The notes under the pieces: model-generated
Told to the model about the DNA's origin: nothing
The model's database searches: none
The model's input: the letters and a program-made list of their open reading frames with translations, nothing else
Position numbers and translations under genes: made by a program
Source: Eledone cirrhosa
Taxonomy: Eukaryota
Direction: 5' to 3'
Assembly: GCA_964016885.1 (NCBI GenBank)
Contig: OZ024741.1
Location: 107,508,001-107,572,000 of the forward strand
Length of the DNA stretch: 64,000 bases
Shown here: piece after piece, positions 27,684 through 41,177 of the stretch
Layout: every line of letters begins with the position of its first letter
Position numbering within the stretch: the first letter of the stretch is position 1

Positions 27684-27715
27684 ACTATATATATATATAT
27701 ATATATATCTTTTAA

Positions 27716-27799
<84 letters not shown>

Positions 27800-27850
27800 T
27801 TAAAAGAGAGGAAATTAATAATTACCACAATATACTATCCATATTCTGAA

Positions 27851-28140
27851 GGCGCGTGGGTTGGTAGTTAGGCTATTCGACTCAGGATCATTAGGTCATG
27901 AGTTCGATTCCCGGTAGCACGTAATGTCTTTGAACAAGGCAATTTATTCCACGCTGCTTCAATCCACGCAGCTAGCTAATATGAGTTATAACTGTAATTT
28001 GAATGGCCAGCCTTATCACAGTCTGTGCTACACTGAATCTCCCCGAGGACTACGTAAAGATACGCGTGTAATGCTCAACCATTTGCACGACAATTTCGTG
28101 AAAAAGCTGTGCCGTTGCAACCGCCGGAGTGACAATTATA
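27851..28140 (+). mobile_element. Older tRNA-derived SINE
   Basis: GGCGCGTGG head, B box GAGTTCGATTCCC, tgtctttgaacaaggcaattt core. Confidence 0.6.
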
Positions 28141-28299
28141 ACATGTGTTGTTTGTAGAGCTTTAAATAATGATCACCGATCACATGTTTTAAAAAGATGT
28201 ATGTAGATAAATGTATATATGAATACATGTAGCTTTTTATCTATTTGTATCTAATATTTGTCATGTTCATTTTTATGCACACACAAAAAACAAGAACAC

Positions 28300-28380
<81 letters not shown>

Positions 28381-29445
28381 TATGTACATGCACATATATA
28401 TACTCCCACACATATAGATATATACATGTGTGCACGTATACATGTGTGTGTAAATGCATACATATAACCACTCGCACACATACATGCATACATACATAAA
28501 TACATACCTACATACACATGTGCACGCATTCATACATACACGCATACATGCATATTTACGTAAACCCAATAAAGTATACATTGATACATGCATACATACA
28601 TAAATACATACATACACGTGTGCACGCATCCATACATACACGCATACATGCATATTTACGTAAACCCAATAAAGTATACATTGATACATGCATACATACA
28701 TCACACTGTAAATCTATTAATAATATCAACAATACGGTATTACTGTGCATGAATACGTATATATAATCATGTCCATATATTTAGTCTTCCTTTTAAAACA
28801 ACAGGCGTTTCATTTGAGTGGAAAGAACAGTGTGCATCAAAATTCAACTTTCCAGGAACACCAAGAGGAAAGGAAGTCGTCATCAAAACAGAGATGTAAC
28901 TGAAATGCTTCTAATAGTGATATCTCCGCTAAACGCCCCAGGTGTCTAGATAGTTATACTAAATCTGGTGACCGATTACCTCTACCACACAATATATAAA
29001 ACTATATTAAAAGATCTTCCATCATGATTTTATCTAAGAACCGTTGTTAAACAATAAGAATGTTAGTGTACAATTTACAACTTTACAAATCTAGAAATAT
29101 GTGGCATATACTGCAATTCAGCATCGCTTTTCCAGTAATGCGGGCTTTGGTGAAGTGGGAGAGTATTCTCTTATAAAAAGATTTATGAACAGGTTACAGA
29201 TCATTTCTTAACTAAAAGTATATTTTCCTAATCAGTTTAAATACCTTATTTAAAAAAAACTGTATATCATTTCTTCAAACCATTTAAGGTTTAAAAAAAA
29301 TTAATCCCGTCCTTGCAATATGTTTCCTTACAAGGTTCATAAGACGAGTGCAAACAACTTCGATGTTTTCATATGAAAATACATGTGTCGGTCAATCCAT
29401 CACACTTTGATAGGGAAGATAATATAACAAGCCACATACCCCAAT

Positions 29446-29621
29446 CAGGGGCGGTGGTAGCATTTCTAAAATGGGGGGGGGGGGACAATTTAGTTATAGT
29501 GATTAGTTTAGCTCTTTGCACTATAAAATGGTCAGAAAACTACGATATGCGATAATAGTTTGGGGTGAAAATATAATTATTGGAGGGGGACGTAGCCTCT
29601 CCCCCAGTTCCACCGCCATTG
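29446..29621. mobile_element. Short MITE-like element
   Basis: TIRs CAGGGGCGGTGG / CCACCGCCATTG; no TSD visible. Confidence 0.5.
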
Positions 29622-30059
29622 TATATATATAATTTAAAAAAATATGCTCTGTGCCCTTTTCTAAGGGGTTAGTATATCGAGCTTCTTCGCATTTGTTAAG
29701 AAACTGGTATTATACCCTATTTATTCATCTCCTATATATATATATATATATATATGCATTCATTTATTATGGCTATTGTTGATCTTTGTTACTCTAAAGC
29801 TTTTCACCTGTGTACTCACAGAATCTCCAGTATTGTCTGGTGAGTACGCAGGTGAGACTCTACTTCGGTATTGAGTTTCCATTCTTACCTCCGTCAATAA
29901 ATCACGTCCTCTCAGGTCCTGAATAATTGTCCCCACCCTCTGCTTATTAATTTGTCAAATCCTCCCCACCGGTTTTTATTCCACCCCTACCCCAACAAAC
30001 TTATTCAATTTTGCTAATCTATCTTCAGCGAAATACATATTGGTACAGCAGCTGGAAAA

Positions 30060-30410
30060 TCTAATAATAATTATATATCTAATACACGGTACTCTCTTCC
30101 AATCCCCCTCTCTATATCAATTAACACCAAACTCTCCCCTCTCTATATCTACTATAAGGAACTCTCTCCTAATCCCCCTTCCTATATCAATAAACATCAA
30201 TCTCTCCCCTCTCTATATCTAATATACAACACACTCTCCCAACCCCCTTCTCTATATAAATTATCACCAAACTCTCCCCCTCTCTATATCTACTATACAA
30301 CACTATCTCTCATTCCCTCTCACTCTATCCATCACTACCAAATTCCCCCTTTCTATATCTAATATACAACACACCCTCTCAACCTTCCTCTCTATATCAA
30401 TTACCACTTA
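30060..30410 (+). repeat. C/T-rich degenerate tandem repeats upstream of the LINE ORF1
   Basis: ctctcccctctctatatc units. Confidence 0.7.
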
Positions 30411-30576
30411 CGGATTGTTGTAAAAAACCCAAAAAACTGTGAGTTTATTGATCAATTTAATAACATTGTTTGGTTTAGCCCCTTGCCTTGGCCGTCAGAC
30501 GTTAAGTCAACAAACTTTCGCCCCTTTCTGGGGCGAAATTTTCAATTTTCATCTAAAAACTGTAGACTTGGTGGCA

Positions 30577-32332
30577 ATGGATGCCATTTCCACCTCGCAC
30601 ACTGTCGTGAGTGCCACGACCACTAAGAAAAGTGGTGGGGGGAAGGTAGGAGTACAAAGCTTGCAGCCGTCCCCCCTCGCATCATCGAAAAACGTGGGAA
30701 ATATCGAAACCGCGAAACCAAATCCGGCAAATAATACCAGCACCAACAACAAGAACAATGACAACAACACCACAACCAACAACTGCAACAATAGCAACAC
30801 CAATATTACCAACAGTGACAGTAACACGAAAGACAACACCAAAACAACATTTGCACAGACCGTAAAACAAAACGAACTATACACGCCAATAGACATAACA
30901 AATGCTAAACAACTATTACAAGACGCAAAACAATTCGTGACTTTTGGCGAAAACGGTGCTTTTAGCATTAATTCTCCACAGGAATTACGTAGAGAGGCTG
31001 TCCTGAAAACTGTGGTTTTCAGGACAATATCGAACGTAACAAGAAAACGAGTTCAATTATCACAAAATGAAATTGAGCTGGTTCTAAAAGACGCAATGAA
31101 GGACTTAACCTTCATACAAAAAGGTAAACTGTTTGGTAGCATTTCGGTGCTGATGAACAACCAGTCAACAGCTCAAAAGTACTCGATAGCACCCATTGTG
31201 TCCCCCCACTTCACCTTTTACCCCACATACAGGGGAAAAAGGACACAAAGAATAAAAATAATGAGTATCACACCAAATGTAAACATTTGGTGGATACTAT
31301 GTGGAATAATAAACTTTGACGAAGACAAGATCATTTCAATAGGAAAGTCCTCCGGAGGTGTATTTGGTGGGACCACAGTAGAAGTTCTGGTGCAAATGAG
31401 CCCAGAACGAATAGCGAATATCCCACAACGCGTGCCTCTGGACGGGCTAACTTATATAAACATTTCAGTGGAGGGAAGGCGGCCGTCATGTTTCCACTGC
31501 TTAAGCAGGGGTCACCTGAGGGCTGCCTGTCCTCAATTAACGAGTCAAAAAAAAAAAGGCTCTTCTGCCAAACCCGAACACAACAACACAACCACCACCA
31601 CCACCACCACCACAACAACAACACGGAAAAATAACAACACAAAACACTGTTCCACCCAACCCCTCCCCACCTAAAACAAATACAAAAGCAACCACAACAA
31701 GACCCCAAAATATACCCCTCCCAAACAACACGGAAGAGGACTCCGTATCAACGTCACCCAGTTACGACGAGGGAAACCCTTTCAACAGGTGAAAAGGAAA
31801 AAAAAAAAGGCACCACATTAACAAAAATGCCACAAACACACAGCCACCAGCACAAACAGAACAAACATCACAAATAAAAAAACCCACCCCGCCCCAAAAC
31901 ATAACACGTACTATAAAACGCAAACACCCGCAAGAACAACAAACAAAAACAAACACAACACAACAAAAACTCTATACATACATTAACAAGAACAATAAAA
32001 CGTTGATGAAAGCGATAGAAAATAACCCTTCGGTGGAAACCGAAGAGATCACTTTCACCTACGCAGCGAACAAACCACACCTAATGATGATTAGGGTCCC
32101 AACGGAAAACTATGTAACTTTGAAAAAGAACCATCCAATGCATGTGGGGACCAACTGCACCAAACCACATAACAGCGTCCTATTGAGATGTTTCCCCACC
32201 CCCACACCAGACACCCACACCCCACCAAACACCCTAATCCCACCACACACTGATGTCCTCACCCCACCAAACAACCCTTCCAACACCCCCATGGAAATTG
32301 TGCAGCCTGGCCCCCAGGAGACGAAGAGGTAA
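30577..32332 (+). pseudogene. Tx1/L1-like LINE ORF1 (gag-like, zinc knuckle), broken in its low-complexity tail
   Basis: TFAQTVK, VEGRRPS-CFHCLSRGHLRAAC (CX2CX4HX4C); frame breaks after ~31550 near A-runs. Confidence 0.8.
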
Positions 32333-32374
32333 GTAATTTCCTTTCCTCTTCCTTTTTACCTCTTCAGCACCAAC

Positions 32375-32690
32375 ATGGCCAATGTAAGAGTTGGATGTGT
32401 GAATGCACGCGGCTTGGGGATGTCCTGGAAACAGGGCAAACTCTTAAATGACCTCAGATCGCACAGAGTGGATGTAATGGTTATTTGCGAGTCCAGGATC
32501 AGCAGCGAGCTGAGATCTTTGAGATCTACGCATCTCTCTGTCAGCCGAGGGGTGGGGTGGGGGTGGGGGTGTCTTTCTGCTGCGAAAATACCTGGGTCTT
32601 GCTACACAGAAGGTACACCTGGACCCGGCGAAGCATTCGTCGGTCCAATCGTCCAGAGCTGACTCCAGTTTCCGGGACACGACAGGTTCT
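32375..32690 (+). pseudogene. N-terminal fragment of LINE ORF2 AP-endonuclease
   Basis: VGCVNARGL..DVMVICES matches the APE N-terminal NxRGL / D.....QET pattern. Confidence 0.75.
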
Positions 32691-33420
32691 GACGTCTTTC
32701 GGGGGACCTCGCTAAAGAGAATGCGATTGGAGAAGATTGATGAGAGATAAGCCGGCAGTGCCAGATCAGACGTGGATTGGAGACCGATGCCATTGAATTT
32801 CTGGGAGTTTTTAACCTGTTGCCAGCCGGCGCTGTCAAAACTAACATTGCATATGAGTTGAACACAGCGTCAGATTGTGGCTTCAAGTTTGGCGAGACGA
32901 TGTTCGTGAGGGTGACATGGCACACCGCGTTGTGTGAAGCGGAGTTTGGGGAAGGCGAGGCAGTTCCTCAGCAGGAAGAGTGCACGTCAGTGAGGCTCAA
33001 TCTCCCCAAACTCCCCGACAAATCGGCATGTGTGGTGTTCAGGTACTCACGTATGGTTTTCGGAATGATTGGTGAACCGTGAATGCAGAAGGCGTCCTTC
33101 AGCGTTTCCAGGGGCCCAGTCATGGCAGCTTGATTTCTGCGTACATTGTCTTGAAATTCAACTTCACCGTAGCTAAAATATTAGAGCTTGGATTTAGAGG
33201 GGTTGATCTCTCGTTCGAAGAGCTTTCGAGCTGGGAAAACCTGCTGAAGTTCCTCGTAACAATCTTATCCGAGCCACCGAGTCGCCTCATCCAGACACCA
33301 GGTATTGAAGAGTGAGCGGATTGAGTGGGCAATGTCATCGACAGTCAATGCTAAGCGGTGGTCAAGTGGGTCCCCTTGCCTAACACATCTGTGAGAAATG
33401 ATCTTGCTGTCAGCTGCCAT
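32690..33420 (-). pseudogene. Decayed RT fragment of a CRE-like non-LTR element
   Basis: Manual translation across frameshifts: VRQGDPL..ALTVDD..FNTWCLDEAT..INPSKS..GSPI..ALFLLRNCLAFPKL..WQQ..GIGL..DLALPAYLSS. Confidence 0.7.
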
Positions 33421-33784
33421 GGGTATGATGGATCTCTCAAAATGAGAGGCGGAGTAAAAAAAGGTTGATTGGAGGATATTTTTACCCTATTTTTATACTT
33501 TATCCTCCAGCCTTTAAACCTAAACCTACTTTTAGTCCCCCACCCGAATACAAACCCAACAATAAGTGTATATAGATGACGGGAGCTCTGCCAACAGCTA
33601 AGATGTGTCTTTGCGCATATAAGCTCGCATAACTGACGCGATGTCGAAAAAGAGTCGGGCCCTGCCACCTTCATTATACCCGGAGCTGATCCATATCTAA
33701 ACAATTCTAATATGCACATAAAGTTTCTGCATATGCTGCAACACTGATTTCGATTCTTTTAACCCCCCCCCCCTCTCTCTCTCT

Positions 33785-33870
<86 letters not shown>

Positions 33871-34056
33871 TTACATATATATATATATATGTATATATAT
33901 GTATATATAGGTATACATATATATATGTATATATATGTATATATACGTATATATATATATGTATATATATATATGTATATATGTATATATGTATATATGT
34001 ATATACGTATATATATATGTATATATATATATGTATATATGTATATATATATATAT

Positions 34057-34894
34057 CTTTCGTTTGACCTGTTTAGCTTGCTTCGGTTTTTTGGCTCCGG
34101 TGTCTGATAGCTTCATGACCGCCGTTTCCAGTTTGTTTGGCCTCTATAACCTATGTTTATTGCTCTGGTCTTCTTTTAGTCCATTGAGCGCTTGCCGCAT
34201 ATCTCGAAAATTGCGTTTCGCCTTGTTTTTGACCACTGCCGAAATTCGATCTCGCTGAAATTATATTTGTATTAATCTCGCGTGTTTAGCAATTAACCAG
34301 TTAATTCTATTAGATAATTCTGTTGACTGATTAACTGCTTAAGTTTATTTTAAAAACAACCCGGTCGCGAGATTAATTCGATTTGTGCAGTTTTTGCAAT
34401 TCTTGAATTAATTTTACACATTCTGAATCCATCCGCCAAAAACAGTGGTTACCTCCCTTGCAGGGTAATACACGCAGCGTAATACACGTGGGGTAATCAC
34501 TCCAATACAACTGCTAGGAGCCCGCTCGCTGGCTGAGAACAAAATACCCGTTGACGAAGTGGCAGCCTTGTTCGATCATTATACCAAATGTTTAATATGG
34601 AAGCAGGCAGTATAATTGATTTAGGTGTCGCAGAAACCTTTCACTGGATTATACCATCAATTCTAGGGGGTCCAGGTAAATTCTTTCGTTTGACCTGTTT
34701 AGCCTGCTTCGTTTTTTTGGCTTAGGTGGCTGATAGCTTCATGACCGCCGTTTTCAGTTTGTTCGGCCTCTATAACCTATGTTTATTGCTCTGGTCTTCT
34801 TTTAGTCCCTAGGTGCGCTTGCCGCATATCCCGAAAATTGCGTTTCGCTTTGATTTTGACCACTGCCGAAATTCGATCTCGCTGAAATTACATT

Positions 34895-34898
<4 letters not shown>
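34057..34898. mobile_element. Non-coding element with ~210-bp direct terminal repeats between TA tracts; diverged relative at 48660-49105
   Basis: 34057-34270 resembles 34682-34898; ttgatttagg.gtcgcagaaacc..ctggatt is shared with 48824. Confidence 0.7.
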
Positions 34899-34962
<64 letters not shown>

Positions 34963-34968
<6 letters not shown>

Positions 34969-37432
34969 TTCGAAATGTTAACAAATCAAAAATATTCTCA
35001 TAATCAAAATATATACTTTATTATATATATTTCAAAGGTACTATGTTGTTTTTTCAGTACGTCCTCATCAGACAAAATATATGATTTGATATATGACACA
35101 CCGCTATGGTCTTGATTATTCAATTCCAGTATTGTCAGTGATTTATTTAATCAAATCTCAACGTTTTTATACCACGAATAATATGATAAACTTAAAGAAG
35201 AAAAGGACGTAGAGCAAATTAGAGATATAAGAGGGGGTGTAAAGAAGAGGAAAGGCAATAAATAAATAAATAAATACTTTCATAAATAGATAAATGAATA
35301 CAAAAATAAATGGATGAATGAATAAAAGAAATATATAAAATAGAAAAGAGGATAACAACAAAAGAAAAGGAAGTTGTGGGGAAAGTAAACAGGAACAAAG
35401 GGGGAGTAAAGTAAAATAAAGAAAAATAAGGGAACATCGAATAGAGGGGGATAAAAAAACCGTTGTTTTCAAATGCTAGATCAAATAAGACGTCAAATCT
35501 ATTCACATAAACAATTGAATATTTCTTTATTTGATTATGTTTTAGCTAATTATATCAAAATTAATCAGTATATATTACTTTCTATAGCAATCACATATTT
35601 AGTTTAATTATACATTTATATAATTTAATTTAACTCATTATAGATTATTATAACTTTTAATTTTAAGGTAAGATATTCTATAAATATTTTGTTACAACTT
35701 TAAAAGGAGTAATCTTTAAAGCGTATTTAAATAATTATTAAATATGTATTAAAATATAATACCATGCATATATCACCATCAATACATATAATATATTTAG
35801 ATCAGTTATTACCCAAATTATTTTATTTTATTAGGATATTCACTTTATAAAATCTTTACTATTCTTTAATTTTCATTTAATTCCTAGGATTAAACTGTAG
35901 TTATATTTACTCTCAAAAGTTTTATTTCATTAATTTAATGAATGGTTATATTTACTTCTGTATTTACTTATTTTGATATATAGATTCCTTTTAATGATAG
36001 TCAATATATTATTAATCTACATATTTCATATTTAATATATTTTAGCAAGCTAGTCAAAAAGAAAATAAATTTTTACGGACAATGTAAACAAAAGGAAGAT
36101 AACTCATTCACCATATACAAACATTTATAACTAATCTCTACTCTCACGTCCAGCGATATTTCGAAAACAATAAATCGTCAATTGTAGATATCATAATTGA
36201 TGTCTAGTTAAATATTGAACTGGCCTAATTAAAGCATAGGGTAACGAGACTATTAATGAAATTATTCTAATACATATAAATATCAATTATTACCACAATA
36301 AGGCAAAACCTATATATATATTTAAATGTCAATATTTTTTCGAAACTTGTACATTGCCTGGACAGTTTTACCAATTTTATGGTGACAACTACTAAATAAT
36401 TTTTTTTTGTTGTTGATTAAATTGTCATAATTTGTAATTATCTGTAGAATCTCAAGGTTACAAAGATTGCAAATTTGCGAAATAGTTGTGTTCCGATAGG
36501 AAGCAACATTCTTTAATTTCGTCCAAGAGATGGAGTATTTAATATTATTGTCCTTTAAAGACCATACTAATTGTGAAAGTGAAGTTGAAAATTTCTTTAT
36601 TGAAAGAATGTCTATGATTATACCACCGTTCCTTAAATTTAGACTAAGTGGCACCTATGTAGTTATACTCTTTTACCTGTTTCAGCCATCCGGCTGAGGC
36701 CATGCTGGGGCACCGCCCTTGTGAATATGGAACGCTTCACGAATTTGCGTGTCATCCTTGCGCAGTTATATATAATATTATTTGTCTTAATGGTACATTT
36801 GTATACTAGATTCTTGTCAAGGCAATTATATTGTAAAGGACATTCAGACCTCTTTCTGCAATTACATTTCTTCTCAATGTTATTTACAGACCCCAAACTA
36901 TACCCATTATTATTTAAAGGTGTTCTACTATTATTCGTGTTTAAACTATTATTATCGTTATTCCCATTAACTAATGTATTGTTATTATTATTGTTATTAT
37001 TGCTAATTATAGGTTGGTTCAAATTAAGATTTTTATTATTTATTTTTGCAATATTCATAGTTGTTGAAAAGAAAGTTTAACTGTGTGTCTATTGAAGTTA
37101 GAATAATATTTATGTGACCAAAGCTTTACATAATATATGTGCTACAGGTGTTTTAATAACTTATATCACTAATTTGCACTACATCCTTTTCTTCTTTAAG
37201 TTTATCATATTATTTGTGGTATAAAAACGTTGAGATATGATGAAATAAATCACTGCCAATACTGGAATTGAATAATCAAGACCGTAGCGGTATGTCATAT
37301 ATCAAATCATATATTCTGTCTGATGAGGACGTACTGAAAAAACAACACAGTACCTTTGAAATATATATAATAAAGTAGTATATATTTTGATTATGAGAAT
37401 ATTTTCGATTTGTTAACATTTCGAATAATATT
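34963..37432 (-). mobile_element. 5'-truncated Naiad PLE with inverted pLTR
   Basis: CNCRKRSECPLQYNCLDKNLVYKC, CNLCNLE, SCHHK; 34963-35165 is the reverse complement of 37225-37432, each arm with a CTGATGA..GAAA core. Confidence 0.85.
36668..36764 (-). pseudogene. U6: U6 snRNA 3'-fragment fused to a retroposon-like 3' tail
   Basis: Minus strand TGCGCAAGGATGACACGCAAATTCGTGAAGCGTTCCATATT matches the U6 3' end (36724-36764); TSD AGTTATA at 36661 and 36764. Confidence 0.9.
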
Positions 37433-37547
37433 AAAAACTCCAGGAAAACCTAATTGTTGAGTGCTTCTAATCTATTGTAAAATTGTATTCGTTGAGTAAT
37501 CAACGAACCATACTGATCTTTGGTTCTATATATATATACACACACAC

Positions 37548-37685
<138 letters not shown>

Positions 37686-37860
37686 CGAAGGAAATGTGGT
37701 AAGGAACCAGGTGGACCATAACGCACCAAAGTACTCAATACTTAGGGTAGTAGAGTGGGTAATAGGAACAAGTAACACCCCGACGGCTGAGCTCAAGCCG
37801 TTTCGACGGCTGATTAGCCGTCGAAACGGCTTGAGCTCAGCTGTCGGGGTTTTACTTGTT

Positions 37861-37920
<60 letters not shown>

Positions 37921-38137
37921 TCGTTTTTTTCCGTTCTTTGCAAGGGGACGTTACCACGAACCAAAGTATCGTCTTCCTGTCTTCCTTCGGTGGCAACGTT
38001 TTTCGAAATATCTACTTGTGCGTTCACAGATTGATATTTTAGTTTCAGAAGATCCCGTTAAGGGTAAAAGCAGCGATACTTTGCTTAAACTTTAATCTGT
38101 TATTTTAATAAATATATATATATATATATATAGAGGG

Positions 38138-38237
<100 letters not shown>

Positions 38238-38291
38238 TAAAACATGTCTATAGAATCACAAGATATATATAAATATATATATATATATATA

Positions 38292-38354
<63 letters not shown>

Positions 38355-38555
38355 CGAAGGAATTGTGGTAAGGAACCAGGTGGACCATAACGCACCAAAG
38401 TACTCAATACTTAGGGTAGTAGAGTGGGTAGTAGGAACGAGTGGGACCCCGACAGCTGAGCTCAAGCCGTTTCGACGGCTAATTCTGGACTCCAGAATTA
38501 GCCGTCGAAACGGCTTGAGATCAGCCGTCGGGGTCCCACTCGTTCCTATATATAT

Positions 38556-38783
<228 letters not shown>

Positions 38784-39141
38784 GTGTATAGTTAACTATA
38801 AATTGATATGCTATACGGGTGGCATAGATCAAGTAGTACATTCACAGCTCTCACCTGTTCTTAATAATTACAGATTCAAAACACGTTAACGGAAAATAGG
38901 TATTTTTAGCCTCCAATCATATGATTTGACACTTGACATTTTAATCATGACACCTCAAGATATGGTTTAATACATGATTTTCTATCATCACCAATCTTAG
39001 AGCCGGAGTGGGGAATATATAATTCTATTACATGCACGATGTTAATTAATCATGACTTTCTCTTTCTTCCTTTCCTTCTCAATCTTTCTGCGCTCACACA
39101 CTCATATTTATATATATATTGTTATACTTGGGGAGGGTCAT

Positions 39142-39685
39142 ATTTGTGTAATATTGCCAGAATTAATAACAGAACACACTCACTCTTTGGTTGGTTTTCG
39201 CTTTTCGCTTCTGTGTCTTTTATATCGGTTAATTTAATTTATTCGGTCCTCAAAGTTGCCATTTACTGACCAACGGTCAAAAATACAGATACAATGTAGA
39301 CACAAACACATATATATAGTTTATGAAAGTTCTTTCGTTGCACATCTGCAATATCGTCAGTGGTGCTATTGTTTCCTACCGTTGCATTGTATTTTCTACG
39401 CAATCTTTATTTAGTCTGTTTATATATTTATTTACTTGTTTTTGTTTTTTTGTCCTCTTTGCGCATGCGTTTGCGTGTGTGTATAGTGTTTTGTTTGATG
39501 TGTGTTCGTGATTGGGTGACTGTGTATTGGTTAATGTATTCTATCTTTACTAGTGTGTGTTTATATGTGTTTGTTGTTATTGTGCTTGTGTATGTATTTA
39601 TTTATTTATTTATCTATTTATTTATTTATTTATACTTCTCTTAGGTCAGTGTTGTTTGTGTGGGTGTTGTTGTTATTCCATTGAT
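39142..39685. repeat. ~540-bp repeat with an inverted, diverged copy at 43660-44209
   Basis: Reverse-complement match; ORFs 39323+ and 43694- are near-identical. Confidence 0.9.
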
Positions 39686-39805
39686 TTTTTTTCATTTTTT
39701 CTGTTTAGCGAACTAATTCATCGCCGTTATATATATATATATTTATTAAAATAACAGATTATATATATATATATATGTTTAGCGAACTAATTCATTATAT
39801 ATATA

Positions 39806-40185
39806 TATATACGATATTAAATAAATGGAAATTATATTTATAAAACCATATTTATTTCATTATATATATTTCAGGGATATCATATTAAAAATATGTTATG
39901 CCTTCTTCAGACAAAATACAATATAAACAGTCTTATAAATAGATAGATTCGACCAAATCAACTTTTCAAATGCAAGTCGAAGTTGAAAAGGCATGTCGAA
40001 TCTATCTATTTATAAGACTGTTTATATTGTATTTTGTCTGAAGAAGGCATAACATATTTTTAATATGATATCCCTGAAATATATATAATGAAATAAATAT
40101 GGTTTTATAAATATAATTTCCATTTATTTAATATCGTATATATACTCCAAATACTTGTTGAGTGCTTTTATATCAGTTATAAATA
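39806..40185. mobile_element. Perfect ~148-bp fold-back with an HHR core in each arm; relative at 63685-63795
   Basis: Arms 39806-39953 / 39995-40143; TTGT-CTGAAGA-AGGcATAaCAT..ATGaTATcCCT-GAAA-TATA-TA. Confidence 0.8.
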
Positions 40186-40222
40186 TTTACTCGTTGTAAC
40201 CCAACAATTTAAATATAACTTT

Positions 40223-40265
<43 letters not shown>

Positions 40266-40564
40266 CACACATACACACACACATACATAAATATATACAT
40301 ATGCAGAAAGTAAACGGAAATAACAAAGTGAACAACAAAGTACAATGAAGAAATATTTAGTATAGTAAGTAAAATATGAAATAGAAAGTTAGAGAGTGCA
40401 AAGAGGAAGGAACGGAAATGTTTTTGAAAAAAAGCACGTTTGTATTTCTTAATATATATATATATATATATGTGTGTGTATGTGTGTGTGTGTATGTGTG
40501 TGTGTGTATGTGTCTGTATATATAGATGTGTGTGTGTATATATATAAAAAGAAATGCCATAAAA

Positions 40565-41050
40565 TTTACAATTGTCAGTCTCCTCTTGTACGTGGCTTCC
40601 AAATCCGGCCCAATGTTGATATAACCGGCCACATTCTTTACTTTTTAAATCAACCTGCATGCGAAGATACTCAGGTAACCAAACACAATGCACTTACGAG
40701 TACACCACTTGAGTAGGTCATGCTCAACATGGGTTCTTTTAAATTCTCTCCTCCCATCATGCACTGCCTTCCCCGTCTGTCATTCTCCGATATTTCCATC
40801 TTCCTCAGTGTGCTTTTAATGCAATCCTTGTACCTCAATTTTGGTTTGTGGGCCGGTTGTCAACCTTCGATCAGCTCTCCATGCAGGAACTGTCTAGTGA
40901 TCAACCATTCTCACTACATGACCACTCCATCTTAATCGACACTGTTGGTGAAAGTGTTCCAACTTTTGAGATGTCTTCGGTAAGTGACCCAAGTCTGAGA
41001 TGCATACAACAAAGCGGACAAAACACAAGCATTATAGACTTTGAACTTTT
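40565..41050 (-). pseudogene. RTE-like LINE 3' remnant
   Basis: VYNACVLSALLYASQTW..YRRHLK; FLHGELIEG..PKLRYKDCIK; ECGR..AGFGSH. Confidence 0.7.
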
Positions 41051-41177
41051 TTCAATAGAAAAATTTTACATGGTGTTCGATATTTAATCTAGACCCCATC
41101 TGAGCAACCCTCAAAAACCCTCAAGAAAACCATACCAAAGTACAACACAAACAAATATATATATATATATATATATA

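Noticed and set aside
38044-38080. CAGAAGA-TCCC gttaa GGGT-(G)AAA as a hammerhead (also at 47464)
   Set aside because: U4 is A, and no stem I or NUH pairing was found; at most vestigial
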